From the human T2T-CHM13v2.0 reference genome, Homo sapiens: a stretch of 64,000 nt of DNA. The translations under genes were made by a program, and so were the position numbers. Below are positions 10,200 through 24,399 of the stretch, in pieces (position 1 is the stretch's first letter; each line of letters begins with the position of its first letter). Where the stretch lies: assembly GCF_009914755.1 (NCBI RefSeq), contig NC_060948.1. One strand, 5' to 3'. The notes beneath the pieces are model-generated. The model was not told where the DNA came from. It ran no database searches and saw only the letters and a list, made by a program, of their open reading frames with translations.

Positions 10200-13100
10200 G
10201 GCCTGGAATAAAGTGGAATGCTACGGTCTCGAATGGAATAAAAATGTATGGAATGGAATGCAATGAAACGGAATCGAATGTCATAGAATGTAATGGAATG
10301 CAAAAAAATGGACTCTAAAATCATTGACTGGAAAGGCTGGGTGTCGAAAGGAATTGACTCCAATGGAATGGAATCGAATGGAATGGAAGTGAATAGAATC
10401 GAACTAAATCGAATGGAATGGAATTGATAGGAACGGAATGGAAAGGAATGCAATGATTTGGCATGGAATGGAATCGAATGGCATCGAATGGAATGGAATG
10501 GAATGCAATGGAATGGAATGTATTAGAATGTAATGAACTTTAATGGAATGTACTCGAATGGATTCGACTGGAATGGAATGTTCTCGAAGTGAATGGACTT
10601 CAATGGAATGGATTCGAAAGGAATGGAATCTAATGGAATGGAATTAAATGGAAATGAATCAAATTGAATAGAACGGAATTGAATTGAATGGAATCGAATG
10701 CAATGGAATCTAATGAAACGGAAAGGAAAGGAATGGAATGGATTGGAATGGAATGGGCTGGAATGGAATGGAATCGAAACGAATGGAATGGAATCGAACT
10801 GAAGAGACTGGAATGGAATGCACTGGAATGGAAGGGAATGTAATGGAAGGTTCTCGAAAAAAATGGAATCGAAAGGAATGGAATTGAATGGAACGGAATA
10901 GAGTCGAATGGAATTGAATGGAATGGAATGGACTAGAGTGAAATGGAATCGAACCACAAGGAATGGACAGGAATAGAATGGTCTCGAATTGAATGGAATC
11001 GTATGGAATGGCATCAAACTGAATGGAATGGACAGCCACGGAATGGAATGGACACCCACGGAATGGAATGCACTCGAATGCAATGGAGTCGACACTAATG
11101 GACTGAATAGAATGGACTCGACTGGTACGGACTCCAATGGAATGGAATCGAATGGAAGGGAATCGAACGGAATGGACTCGAAGGGAAAAGACTGCAATGG
11201 AAAGGTCTCCAATGGAATGGAAATTAATGGAATGGAATGGAATCGAATGAAATGGAGTCAAAAGGAATGGAATCGAATGGCAAGAAATCGAATGTAATGG
11301 AATCGCAAGGAATGGATGTGAACGGAACGGAATGGAATGGAATCCAAAGGAATGGAATAGAATGGAATGGAATCGAATGGAAAGGACTCGAATGGAAATC
11401 ACTCGAATAGAATGCAATTTAATAAAATAGGATCAAATGTAATGGAATGGAATGGAAAGGAATCGAAACGAAAGGAATGGAGACAGATGGAATGGAATGG
11501 AACAGAGAGCAATGGTATAGAATGGAATGGAATCATCTGGAATGGAATTGAATGGAATGGAATAATATGAAATGGAATGGAATGGAATGGAATGCCCTTG
11601 AATTAAATGGACTGGAATGGAATGGACTCGAACAGAGTGGAATGGAAAGTGTTGAAATAGAATGGAATGGACTCGTTTGGAATGGTCTAGTATGCAATGC
11701 AATCGACTGGCAGGGAATCAAAAGGAATGTAATCGAATGGATTGGACTGGAATGCAATGGACTCGAATAGATTGGAAACGGAAAGCAAAGGAATGGAATG
11801 GAATAGTATGGAATGGAATGGAAGGAATGGAGTGGAATAGACTAGAGTGGAATGGAATGGACTCGAAAGCAATGGACTGGAATGGAACTTTCTTGAATGG
11901 ACTGGAATCAAACGGAATGGAATGCAATGCAATCAAATGGCATGGAATAAAATAGAATGAAAGAGAATCAAATGGAATTGAATCGAATGGAATCGAATGG
12001 ATTGGAAAGGAATAGAATGGAATGGAATGGAATTGACTCAAATGGAATGGACTAGAATGGAATGGATTCGAATGGAAGTCAAAGGAATGGAATCTATTGG
12101 AATGGACTGTAATGGAATGGAATGGAAGGGATTGGAATGGACTCGAATGGAATGGACTGCCATAGAAAGGATTCGAATGGAATGAAAAAGAATTGAATGG
12201 AATAGAACAGAATGGAATCAAATCGAATGAAATGGAATGGAATAGAAAGGAATGGAATGAAATGGAATGGAAAGGATTCGAATGGAATGCAATCGAATGG
12301 AATGCAATCGAGTGGAATGGAATCGAACGGAATGGAATAAAATGGAAGAAAACTGGCAAGAAATGGAATCGAAATGAATGGAGTGTTATGGAACGGACTC
12401 AAAAGGAATTGAATGTAATAGAATGGAGTGGAGTGGACTCGAATATAATGGACTGGAATGGAATGAAATCACATGGAATGGGAACGAATGGAATGGAATG
12501 GAAAGGAATGGAATCGAATGGAAAGGAATCGAATGGAAGGGAATGAAATTGAATCAACAGGAATGGAAGGGAGTAGAATAGACGGTAATGGAATGGACTC
12601 GAATAGAATGGACACGAATGCTCAAATTGAATGGACTCGAATGGAATGGAAACGAAAGGAATGTCATCGAATGGAATTGAATCGATTGGAATGAAATCAC
12701 ATAGAATGGAGTGGAATCAAATGGAATTGAATCGAAAGGAAAGGAAGCGAATGGACTGAAATGAAATGGAATGGAATTGAATGGAAATTAATGCAATGGA
12801 ATAGAATGGAACGAAATTTCACGGAATGGAATCAAACTGAATGGAATCAAATCAATGGAATATAATCAAATGGAATGGAAAGGAATTGAATGGAGTAGAT
12901 TGGATTGGATGGGATTGGAATGAAATGTACTGGAAAGGACTCGAATTTCATGAAACGGAATGGAATGAATTAGAACGGAATGGACTCGAATGGAATGGAA
13001 TGTCATGGAATGGCATCAAAAGGAATGGAATCGATTGCGATGGAATGCTATGGAATGGAATGGAATGCATTGGAATGGAATGTCCTCTAATGGAATGGAT

Positions 13101-13741
13101 TCGAGTGGAATGGAATCGAATATAATGGAGTCTAATGAAAGGGAATTGAAAGGAATGGGACCGAATACAATGGAATATACTGGAATGTAATGTAATGAAC
13201 TCGAATGTAATTGACTGGAATGGAATGTACATGAATGGAATGTAATCGAATGGAAAGCAATCCAATGGAATAGAATCTAATGCAATAAAATCGACTCAAG
13301 TAGAGTAGAATGTAATGGAATGGAGTGCAGTGCAATGGAATGGAATGGAATGGAATGCAATGGAATGGAATGGAATGGAATGGAATGGAATGGGATGGAA
13401 TGGTATGGAATGGATAGTAATGGACTGGAGTGAAATGGACTGGAAAAGAATGGACTCAAATTGAAAGGGCTCGAAAGGAATGGAGTCAAATGGAATGGTC
13501 TGGAATGGAATGAACACGAATGTAATGCAATCCAATAGAATGGAATCGAATGGCATGGAATATAAAGAAATGGAATCGAAGAGAATGGAAACAAATGGAA
13601 TGGAATTGAATGGAATGGGAACGAATGGAGTGAAATTGTATGCAGTAGAAGAGAATAGAATGGAATGCAAGCGAAAGGAAAGGAATGGATTGGAATGGAA
13701 TGGAATTCATTGGAATGGAAGGGAATGTAGTGTAATGGACA
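10200..13741 (+). repeat. DYZ1 unit, 3,542 bp (left lineage)
   Basis: GGCC-to-GGCC interval. Confidence 0.9.
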
Positions 13742-16700
13742 GGCCTGGAATAAAGTGGAATGCTACGGTCTCGAATGGAATAAAAATGTATGGAATGGAA
13801 TGCAATGAAACGGAATCGAATGTCATAGAATGTAATGGAATGCAAAAAAATGGAATCCAAAATCATTGACTGGAAAGGCTGGGTGTCGAAAGTAATTGAC
13901 TCCAATGGAATGGAATCGAATGGAATGGAAGTGAATAGAATGGAACTAAATCGAATGGAATGGAATTGATAGGAACGGAATGGAAAGGAATGCAATGATT
14001 TGGCATGGAATGGAATCGAATGGCATCGAATGGAATGGAATGGAATGCAATGGAATGGAATGTATTAGAATGTAATGAACTTTAATGGAATGTACTCGAA
14101 TGGATTCGACTGGAATGGAATGTTCTCGAAGTGAATGGACTCCAATGGAATGGATTCGAAAGGAATGGAATCTAATGGAATGGAATTAAATGGAAATGAA
14201 TCAAATTGAATAGAAAGGAATTGAATTGAATGGAATCGAATGCAATGGAATCTAATGAAACGGAAAGGAAAGGAATGGAATGGATTGGAATGGAATGGGC
14301 TGGAATGGAATGGAATCGAAACGAATGGAATGGAATCGAACTGAAGAGACTGGAATGGAATGCACTGGAATGGAAGGGAATGTAATGGAAGGTTCTCGAA
14401 AAAAATGGAATCGAAAGGAATGGAATTGAATGGAACGGAATAGAGTCGAATGGAATTGAATGGAATGGAATGGACTAGAGTGAAATGGAATCGAACCACA
14501 AGGAATGGACAGGAATAGAATGGTCTCGAATTGAATGGAATCGTATGGAATGGCATCAAACGGAATGGAATGGACAGCCACGGAATGGAATGGACACCCA
14601 CGGAATGGAATGCACTCGAATGCAATGGAGTCGACACTAATGGACTGAATAGAATGGACTCGACTGGTACGGACTCCAATGGAATGGAATCGAATGGAAG
14701 GGAATCGAACGGAATGGACTCGAAGGGAAAAGACTGCAATGGAAAGGTCTCCAATGGAATGGAAATTAATGGAATGGAATGGAATCGAATGAAATGGAGT
14801 CAAAAGGAATGGAATCGAATGGCAAGAAATCGAATGTAATGGAATCGCAAGGAATGGATGTGAACGGAACGGAATGGAATGGAATCCAAAGGAATGGAAT
14901 AGAATGGAATGGAATCGAATGGAAAGGACTCGAATGGAAATCACTCGAATAGAATGCAATTTAATAAAATAGGATCAAATGTAATGGAATGGAATGGAAA
15001 GGAATCGAAACGAAAGGAATGGAGACAGATGGAATGGAATGGAACAGAGAGCAATGGTATAGAATGGAATGGAATCATCTGGAATGGAATTGAATGGAAT
15101 GGAATAATATGAAATGGAATGGAATGGAATGGAATGCCCTTGAATTAAATGGACTGGAATGGAATGGACTCGAACAGAGTGGAATGGAAAGTGTTGAAAT
15201 AGAATGGAATGGACTCGTTTGGAATGGTCTAGTATGCAATGCAATCGACTGGCAGGGAATCAAAAGGAATGTAATCGAATGGATTGGACTGGAATGCAAT
15301 GGACTCGAATAGATTGGAAACGGAAAGCAAAGGAATGGAATGGAATAGTATGGAATGGAATGGAAGGAATGGAGTGGAATAGACTAGAGTGGAATGGAAT
15401 GGACTCGAAAGCAATGGACTGGAATGGAACTTTCTTGAATGGACTGGAATCAAACGGAATGGAATGCAATGCAATCAAATGGCATGGAATAAAATAGAAT
15501 GAAAGAGAATCAAATGGAATTGAATCGAATGGAATCGAATGGATTGGAAAGGAATAGAATGGAATGGAATGGAATTGACTCAAATGGAATGGACTAGAAT
15601 GGAATGGATTCGAATGGAAGTCAAAGGAATGGAATCTATTGGAATGGACTGTAATGGAATGGAATGGAAGGGATTGGAATGGACTCGAATGGAATGGACT
15701 GCCATAGAAAGGATTCGAATGGAATGAAAAAGAATTGAATGGAATAGAACAGAATGGAATCAAATCGAATGAAATGGAATGGAATAGAAAGGAATGGAAT
15801 GAAATGGAATGGAAAGGATTCGAATGGAATGCAATCGAATGGAATGCAATCGAGTGGAATGGAATCGAACGGAATGGAATAAAATGGAAGAAAACTGGCA
15901 AGAAATGGAATCGAAATGAATGGAGTGTTATGGAACGGACTCAAAAGGAATTGAATGTAATAGAATGGAGTGGAGTGGACTCGAATATAATGGACTGGAA
16001 TGGAATGAAATCACATGGAATGGGAACGAATGGAATGGAATGGAAAGGAATGGAATCGAATGGAAAGGAATCGAATGGAAGGGAATGAAATTGAATCAAC
16101 AGGAATGGAAGGGAGTAGAATAGACGGTAATGGAATGGACTCGAATAGAATGGACACGAATGCTCAAATTGAATGGACTCGAATGGAATGGAAACGAAAG
16201 GAATGTCATCGAATGGAATTGAATCGATTGGAATGAAATCACATAGAATGGAGTGGAATCAAATGGAATTGAATCGAAAGGAAAGGAAGCGAATGGACTG
16301 AAATGAAATGGAATGGAATTGAATGGAAATTAATGCAATGGAATAGAATGGAACGAAATTTCACGGAATGGAATCAAACTGAATGGAATCAAATCAATGG
16401 AATATAATCAAATGGAATGGAAAGGAATTGAATGGAGTAGATTGGATTGGATGGGATTGGAATGAAATGTACTGGAAAGGACTCGAATTTCATGAAACGG
16501 AATGGAATGAATTAGAACGGAATGGACTCGAATGGAATGGAATGTCATGGAATGGCATCAAAAGGAATGGAATCGATTGCGATGGAATGCTATGGAATGG
16601 AATGGAATGCATTGGAATGGAATGTCCTCTAATGGAATGTATTCGAGTGGAATGGAATCGAATATAATGGAGTCTAATGAAAGGGAATTGAAAGGAATGG

Positions 16701-17293
16701 GACCGAATACAATGGAATATACTGGAATGTAATGTAATGAACTCGAATGTAATTGACTGGAATGGAATGTACATGAATGGAATGTAATCGAATGGAAAGC
16801 AATCCAATGGAATAGAATCTAATGCAATAAAATCGACTCAAATAGAGTAGAATGTAATGGAATGGAGTGCAGTGCAATGGAATGGAATGGAATGGAATGC
16901 AATGGAATGGAATGGAATGGAATGGAATGGGATGGAATGGTATGGAATGGATAGTAATGGACTGGAGTGAAATGGACTGGAAAAGAATGGACTCAAATTG
17001 AAAGGGCTCGAAAGGAATGGAGTCAAATGGAATGGTCTGGAATGGAATGAACACGAATGTAATGCAATCCAATGGAATGGAATCGAATGGCATGGAATAT
17101 AAAGAAATGGAATCGAAGAGAATGGAAACAAATGGAATGGAATTGAATGGAATGGAATTGAATGGAATGGGAACGAATGGAGTGAAATTGTATGCAGTAG
17201 AAGAGAATAGAATGGAATGCAAGCGAAAGGAAAGGAATGGATTGGAATGGAATGGAATTCATTGGAATGGAAGGGAATGTAGTGTAATGGACA
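13742..17293 (+). repeat. DYZ1 unit, 3,552 bp (left lineage)
   Basis: GGCC-to-GGCC interval. Confidence 0.9.
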
Positions 17294-20200
17294 GGCCTGG
17301 AATAAAGTGGAATGCTACGGTCTCGAATGGAATAAAAATGTATGGAATGGAATGCAATGAAACGGAATCGAATGTCATAGAATGTAATGGAATGCAAAAA
17401 AATGGACTCTAAAATCATTGACTGGAAAGGCTGGGTGTCGAAAGGAATTGACTCCAATGGAATGGAATCGAATGGAATGGAAGTGAATAGAATGGAACTA
17501 AATCGAATGGAATGGAATTGATAGGAACGGAATGGAAAGGAATGCAATGATTTGGCATGGAATGGAATCGAATGGCATCGAATGGAATGGAATGGAATGC
17601 AATGGAATGGAATGTATTAGAATGTAATGAACTTTAATGGAATGTACTCGAATGGATTCGACTGGAATGGAATGTTCTCGAAGTGAATGGACTTCAATGG
17701 AATGGATTCGAAAGGAATGGAATCTAATGGAATGGAATTAAATGGAAATGAATCAAATTGAATAGAACGGAATTGAATTGAATGGAATCGAATGCAATGG
17801 AATCTAATGAAACGGAAAGGAAAGGAATGGAATGGATTGGAATGGAATCGGCTGGAATGGAATGGAATCGAAACGAATGGAATGGAATCGAACTGAAGAG
17901 ACTGGAATGGAATGCACTGGAATGGAAGGGAATGTAATGGAAGGTTCTCGAAAAAAATGGAATCGAAAGGAATGGAATTGAATGGAACGGAATAGAGTCG
18001 AAAGGAATTGAATGGAATGGAATGGACTAGAGTGAAATGGAATCGAACCACAAGGAATGGACAGGAATAGAATGGTCTCGAATTGAATGGAATCGTATGG
18101 AATGGCATCAAACGGAATGGAATGGACAGCCACGGAATGGAATGGACACCCACGGAATGGAAAGCACTCGAATGCAAAGGAGTCGACACTAATGGACTGA
18201 ATAGAATGGACTCGACTGGTACGGACTCCAATGGAATGGAATCGAATGGAAGGGAATCGAACGGAATGGACTCGAAGGGAAAAGACTGCAATGGAAAGGT
18301 CTCCAATGGAATGGAAATTAATGGAATGGAATGGAATCGAATGAAATGGAGTCAAAAGGAATGGAATCGAATGGCAAGAAATCGAATGTAATGGAATCGC
18401 AAGGAATTGATGTGAACGGAACGGAATGGAATGGAATCCAAAGGAATGGAATAGAATGGAATGGAATCGAATGGAAAGGACTCGAATGGAAATCACTCGA
18501 ATAGAATGCAATTTAATAAAATAGGATCAAATGTAATGGAATGGAATGGAAAGGAATCGAAACGAAAGGAATGGAGACAGATGGAATGGAATGGAACAGA
18601 GAGCAATGGTATAGAATGGAATGGAATCATCTGGAATGGAATTGAATGGAATGGAATAATATGAAATGGAATGGAATGGAATGGAATGCCCTTGAATTAA
18701 ATGGACTGGAATGGAATGGACTCGAACAGAGTGGAATGGAAAGTGTTGAAATAGAATGGAATGGACTCGTTTGGAATGGTCTAGTATGCAATGCAATCGA
18801 CTGGCAGGCAATCAAAAGGAATGTAATCGAATGGATTGGACTGGAATGCAATGGACTCGAATAGATTGGAAACGGAAAGCAAAGGAATGGAATGGAATAG
18901 TATGGAATGGAATGGAAAGGAATGGAGTGGAATAGACTAGAGTGGAATGGAATGGACTCGAAAGCAATGGACTGGAATGGAACTTTCTTGAATGGACTGG
19001 AATCAAACGGAATGGAATGCAATGCAATCAAATGGCATGGAATAAAATAGAATGAAAGAGAATCAAATGGAATTGAATCGAATGGAATCGAATGGGTTGG
19101 AAAGGAATAGAATGGAATGGAATGGAATTGACTCAAATGGAATGGACTAGAATGGAATGGATTCGAATGGAAGTCAAAGGAATGGAATCTATTGGAATGG
19201 ACTGTAATGGAATGGAATGGAAGGGATTGGAATGGACTCGAATGGAATGGACTGCCATAGAAAGGATTCGAATGGAATGAAAAAGAATTGAATGGAATAG
19301 AACAGAATGGAATCAAATCGAATGAAATGGAATGGAATAGAAAGGAATGGAATGAAATGGAATGGAAAGGATTCAAATGGAATGCAATCGAATGGAATGC
19401 AATCGAGTGGAATGGAATCGAACGGAATGGAATAAAATGGAAGAAAACTGGCAAGAAATGGAATCGAAATGAATGGAGTGTTATGGAACGGACTCAAAAG
19501 GAATTGAATGTAATAGAATGGAGTGGAGTGGACTCGAATATAATGGACTGGAATGGAATGAAATCACATGGAATGGGAACGAATGGAATGGAATGGAAAG
19601 GAATGGAATCGAATGGAAAGGAATCGAATGGAAGGGAATGAAATTGAATCAACAGGAATGGAAGGGAGTAGAATAGACGGTAATGGAATGGACTCGAATA
19701 GAATGGACACGAATGCTCAAATTGAATGGACTCGAATGGAATGGAAACGAAAGGAATGTCATCGAATGGAATTGAATCGATTGGAATGAAATCACATAGA
19801 ATGGAGTGGAATCAAATGGAATTGAATCGAAAGGAAAGGAAGCGAATGGACTGAAATGAAATGGAATGGAATTGAATGGAAATTAATGCAATGGAATAGA
19901 ATGGAACGAAATTTCACGGAATGGAATCAAACTGAATGGAATCAAATCAATGGAATATAATCAAATGGAATGGAAAGGAATTGAATGGAGTAGATTGGAT
20001 TGGATGGGATTGGAATGAAAAGTACTGGAAAGGACTCGAATTTCATGAAACGGAATGGAATGAATTAGAACGGAATGGACTCGAATGGAATGGAATGTCA
20101 TGGAATGGCATCAAATGGAATGGAATCGAATGCGATGGAATAGAATGCAATGGAATGCTATGGAATGGAATGGAATGCATTGGAATGGAATGTCCTCTAA

Positions 20201-20866
20201 TGGAATGGATTCGAGTGGAATGGAATCGAATATAATGGAGTCGAATGAAATGGAATTGAAAGGAATGGGATCGAATACCATGTAATATACTGGAATGTAA
20301 TGTAATGAACTCGAATGTAATTGACTGGAATGGAATGTACATGAATGGAATGTAATCGAATGGAAAGTAATCCAATGGAATAGAATCTAATGCAATAAAA
20401 TCGACTCAAATAGAATAGAATGTAATGGAATGGAGTGCAGTGCAATGGAATGGAATGGAATGGAATGCAATGGAATGGAATGGAATGGAATGGAATGGAA
20501 TAGGATGGAATGGTATGGAATGGATAGTAATGGACTGGAGTGAAATGGACTGGAAAAGAATGGACTCAAATTGAAAGGGCTCGAAAGGAATGGAGTCAAA
20601 TGGAATGGTCTGGAATGGAATGAATACGAATGTAATGCAATCCAATAGAATGGAATCGAATGGTATGGAATATAAAGAATTGGAATCGAAGAGAATGGAA
20701 ACAAATGGAATGGAATTGAATGGAATGGAATTGAATGGAATGGGAACGAATGGAGTGAAATTGTATGCAGTAGAAGAGAATAGAATGGAATGCAAGCGAA
20801 AGGAAAGGAATGGATTGGAATGGAATGGAATTCATTGGAATGGAAGGGAATGTAGTGTAATGGACA
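17294..20866 (+). repeat. DYZ1 unit, 3,573 bp (chimeric, lineage switch at ~20.1 kb)
   Basis: GGCC-to-GGCC interval; left-type variants up to ~20070, right-type variants from ~20240. Confidence 0.88.
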
Positions 20867-23800
20867 GGCCTGGAATAAAGTGGAATGCTACGGTCTCGAA
20901 TGGAATAAAAGTGTATGGAATAGAATGCAATGAAACGGAATCGAATGTCATAGAATGTAATGGAATGCAAAAAAATGGACTCCAAAATCATTGACTGGAA
21001 AGGCTGGGTGTCGAAAGGAATTGCCTCCAATGGAATGGAATCGAATGGAATGGAAGTGAATAGAAAGGAACTAAATCGAATGGAATGGAATTGATAGGAA
21101 CGGAATGGAAAGGAATGCAATGATTTGGCATGGAATGGAATCGAATGGCATTGAATGGAATGGAATGGAATGCAATTGAATGGAATGTATTAGAATGTAA
21201 TGAACTTTAATGGAATGTACTCGAATGGATTCGACTGGAATGGAATGTTCTCGAAGTGAATGGACTCCAATGGAATGGATTCGAAAGGAATGGAATCTAA
21301 TGGAATGGAATTAAATGGAAATGAATCAAATTGAATAGAATGGAATTGAATGGAATGGAATCGAATGCAATGGAATCTAATGAAACGGAAAGGAAAGTAA
21401 TGGAATGGAATGGAATGGGCTGGAATTGAATGGAATCGAAACGAATGGAATGGAGTCGAACTGAAGAGACTGAAATGGAATGCACTGGAATGGAAGGGAG
21501 TGTAATGGAAGGTTCTCGAAAAAAATGGAATCGAAAGGAATGGAATTGAATGGAACGGAATAGAGTCGAATGGAATTCAATGGAATGGAATGGACTAGAG
21601 TGAAATGGAATCGAACCACAAGGAATGGACAGGAACAGAATGGTCTCGAATTGAATGGAATCGTATGGAATGGCATCAAACGGAATGGAATGGACAGCCA
21701 CGGAATGGAATGCACTCGAATGCAATGGAGTCGACACTAATGGACTGGAATAGAATGGACTCGACTGGTATGGACTCCAATGGAATGGAATCGAATGGAA
21801 GGGAATGGAACGGAATGGACTCGAAGGGAAAAGACTACAATGGAAAGGTCTCGAATGGAATGGAAATTAATGGAATGGAATGGAATCGAATGAAATTGAG
21901 TCAAAAGGAATGGAATCGAATGGCAAGAAATCGAATGTAATGGAATCGCAAGGAATTGATGTGAACGGAACGGAATGGAATGGAATCCAAAGGAATGGAA
22001 TAGAATGGAATGGAATCGAATGGAAAGGACTCGAATGGAAATCACTCGAATAGAATGCAATTTAATAAAATAGGATCAAATGTAATGGAATGGAATGGAA
22101 AGGAATCGAAACGAAAGGAATGGAGACAGATGGAATGGAATGGAACAGAGAGCAATGGTATAGAATGGAATGGAATCATCTGGAATGGAATTGAATGGAA
22201 TGGAATAATATGAAATGGAATGGAATGGAATGGAATGCCCTTGAATTAAATGGACTGGAATGGAATGGACTCAAACAGAGTGGAATGGAAAGTGTTGAAA
22301 TAGAATGGAATGGACTCGTTTGGAATGGTCTAGTATGCAATGCAATCGACTGGCAGGGAATCAAGAGGAATGTAATCGAATGCATTGGACTGGAATGCAA
22401 TGGACTCGAATAGATTGGAAACGGAATGCAAAGGAATGGAATGGAATAGTATGGAATGGAATGGAAAGGAATGGAGTGGAATAGACTAGAGTGGAATGGA
22501 ATGGACTGGAAAGCAATGGACTGGAATGGAACTTTCTTGAATGGACTGGAATCAAACGGAATGGAATGCAATGCAATCAAATGGCATGGAATAAAATAGA
22601 ATGAAAGAGAATCAAATGGAATTGAATCGAATGGAATCGAATGGATTGGAAAGGAATAGAATGGAATGGAATGGAATTGACTCAAATGGAATGGACTAGA
22701 ATGGAATGGATTCGAATGGAAGGCAAAGGAATGGAATCTATTGGAATGGACTGTAATGGAATGGAATGGAAGGGATTGGAATGGACTCAAATGGAATGGA
22801 CTGCAATAGAAAGGATTCGAATGGAATGAAAAAGAATTGAATGGAATAGAACAGAATGGAATCAAATCGAATGAAATGGAATGGAAGAGAACGGAATGGA
22901 ATGAAATGGAATGGAAAGGATTCGAATGGAATGCAATCGAATGGAACGGAATCGAACGGAATGGAATAAAATGGAAGAAAACTGGCAAGAAATGGAATCG
23001 AAATGAATGGAGTGTTATGGAACGGACTCAAAAGGAATTGAATGTAATAGAATGGAGTGGAGTGGACTCGAATATAATGGACTGGAATGGAATGAAATCA
23101 CATGGAATGGGAACGAATGGAATGGAATGGAAAGGAATGGAATGGAAAGGAATGGAATCGAATGGAAAGGAATCGAATGGAAGGGAATGAAATTGAATCA
23201 ACAGGAATGGAAGGAAGTAGAATAGACGGTAATGGAATGGACTCGAATAGAATGGACACGAATGCTCAAATTGAATGGACTCGAATGGAATGGAAACGAA
23301 AGGAATGTCGTCGAATGGAATTGAATCGATTGGAATGAAATCGCATAGAATGGAGTGGAATCAAATGGAATTGAATCGAAAGGAAAGGAAGCGAATGGTC
23401 TGAAATGAAATGGAATGGAATTGAATGGAAAGTAATGCAAGGGAATAGAATGGAACGAAATTTCACGGAATGGAATCAAACTGAATGGAATCAAATCAAT
23501 GGAATATAATCAAATGGCATGGAAAGGAATTGAATGGAGTAGATTGGATTGGATGGGATTGGAATGAAATGTACTGGAAAGGACTCGAATTTCATGAAAT
23601 GGAATGGAATGAACTGGAACGGAATGGACTCGAATGGATTGGAATGTCATGGAATGGCATCAAATGGAATGGCATCAAATGGAATGGAATCGAATGCAAT
23701 GGAATGCTATGGAATGGAATGGAATGCATTGGAATGGAATGTCCCCTAATGGAATGGATTCGAGTGGAATGGAATCGAATATAATGGAGTCGAATGAAAT

Positions 23801-24399
23801 GGAATTGAAAGGAAAGGGATCGAATACAATGGAATATACTGGAATGTAATGTAATGAACTCGAATGTAATTGACTAGAATGGAATGTACATGAATGGAAT
23901 GTAATCGAATGGAAAATAATCTCATGGAATAGAATCTAATGCAATAAAATCGACTCAAATAGAATAGAATGGAATGGAATGGAGTGCAGTGCAATGGAAT
24001 GGAATGGAATGGAATGCAATGGAATGGAATGGAATGGGATGGAATGGTATGGGATGGATAGAAATGGACTGGAGTGAAATGGACTGGAAAGTAATGGACT
24101 CAAATTGAAAGAGCTCGAAAGAATGGAGTCAAATGGAATGGTCTGGAATGGAATGAACACGAATGTAATGCAATCCAATAGAATGGAATCGAATGGCATG
24201 GAATATAAAGAAATGGAATCGAAGAGAATGGAAACGAATGGAATGGAATTGAATGGAATGGAATTGAATGGAATGGGAACGAATGGAGTGAAATTGTATG
24301 CAGTAGAAGAGAATAGAATGGAATGCAAGCGAAATTAAAGGAATGGATTGGAATGGAATGGAATTCATTGGAATGGAAGGGAATGTATTGCAATGGACA
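20867..24399 (+). repeat. DYZ1 unit, 3,533 bp (transitional/divergent)
   Basis: GGCC-to-GGCC interval; 1-bp deletion at ~24120; 15-bp duplication at ~23131. Confidence 0.88.

Larger units (their letters stand above)
3602..17848 (+). repeat. Near-identical 7,094-bp dimeric higher-order duplication (A-B-A-B)
   Basis: Alternating 3,542/3,552-bp spacing; private variants recur at exactly +7,094 bp (e.g. 10600/17694, CAAACTGAAT ~3927/~11021, GAATGTATTC ~9546/~16640). Confidence 0.85.
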
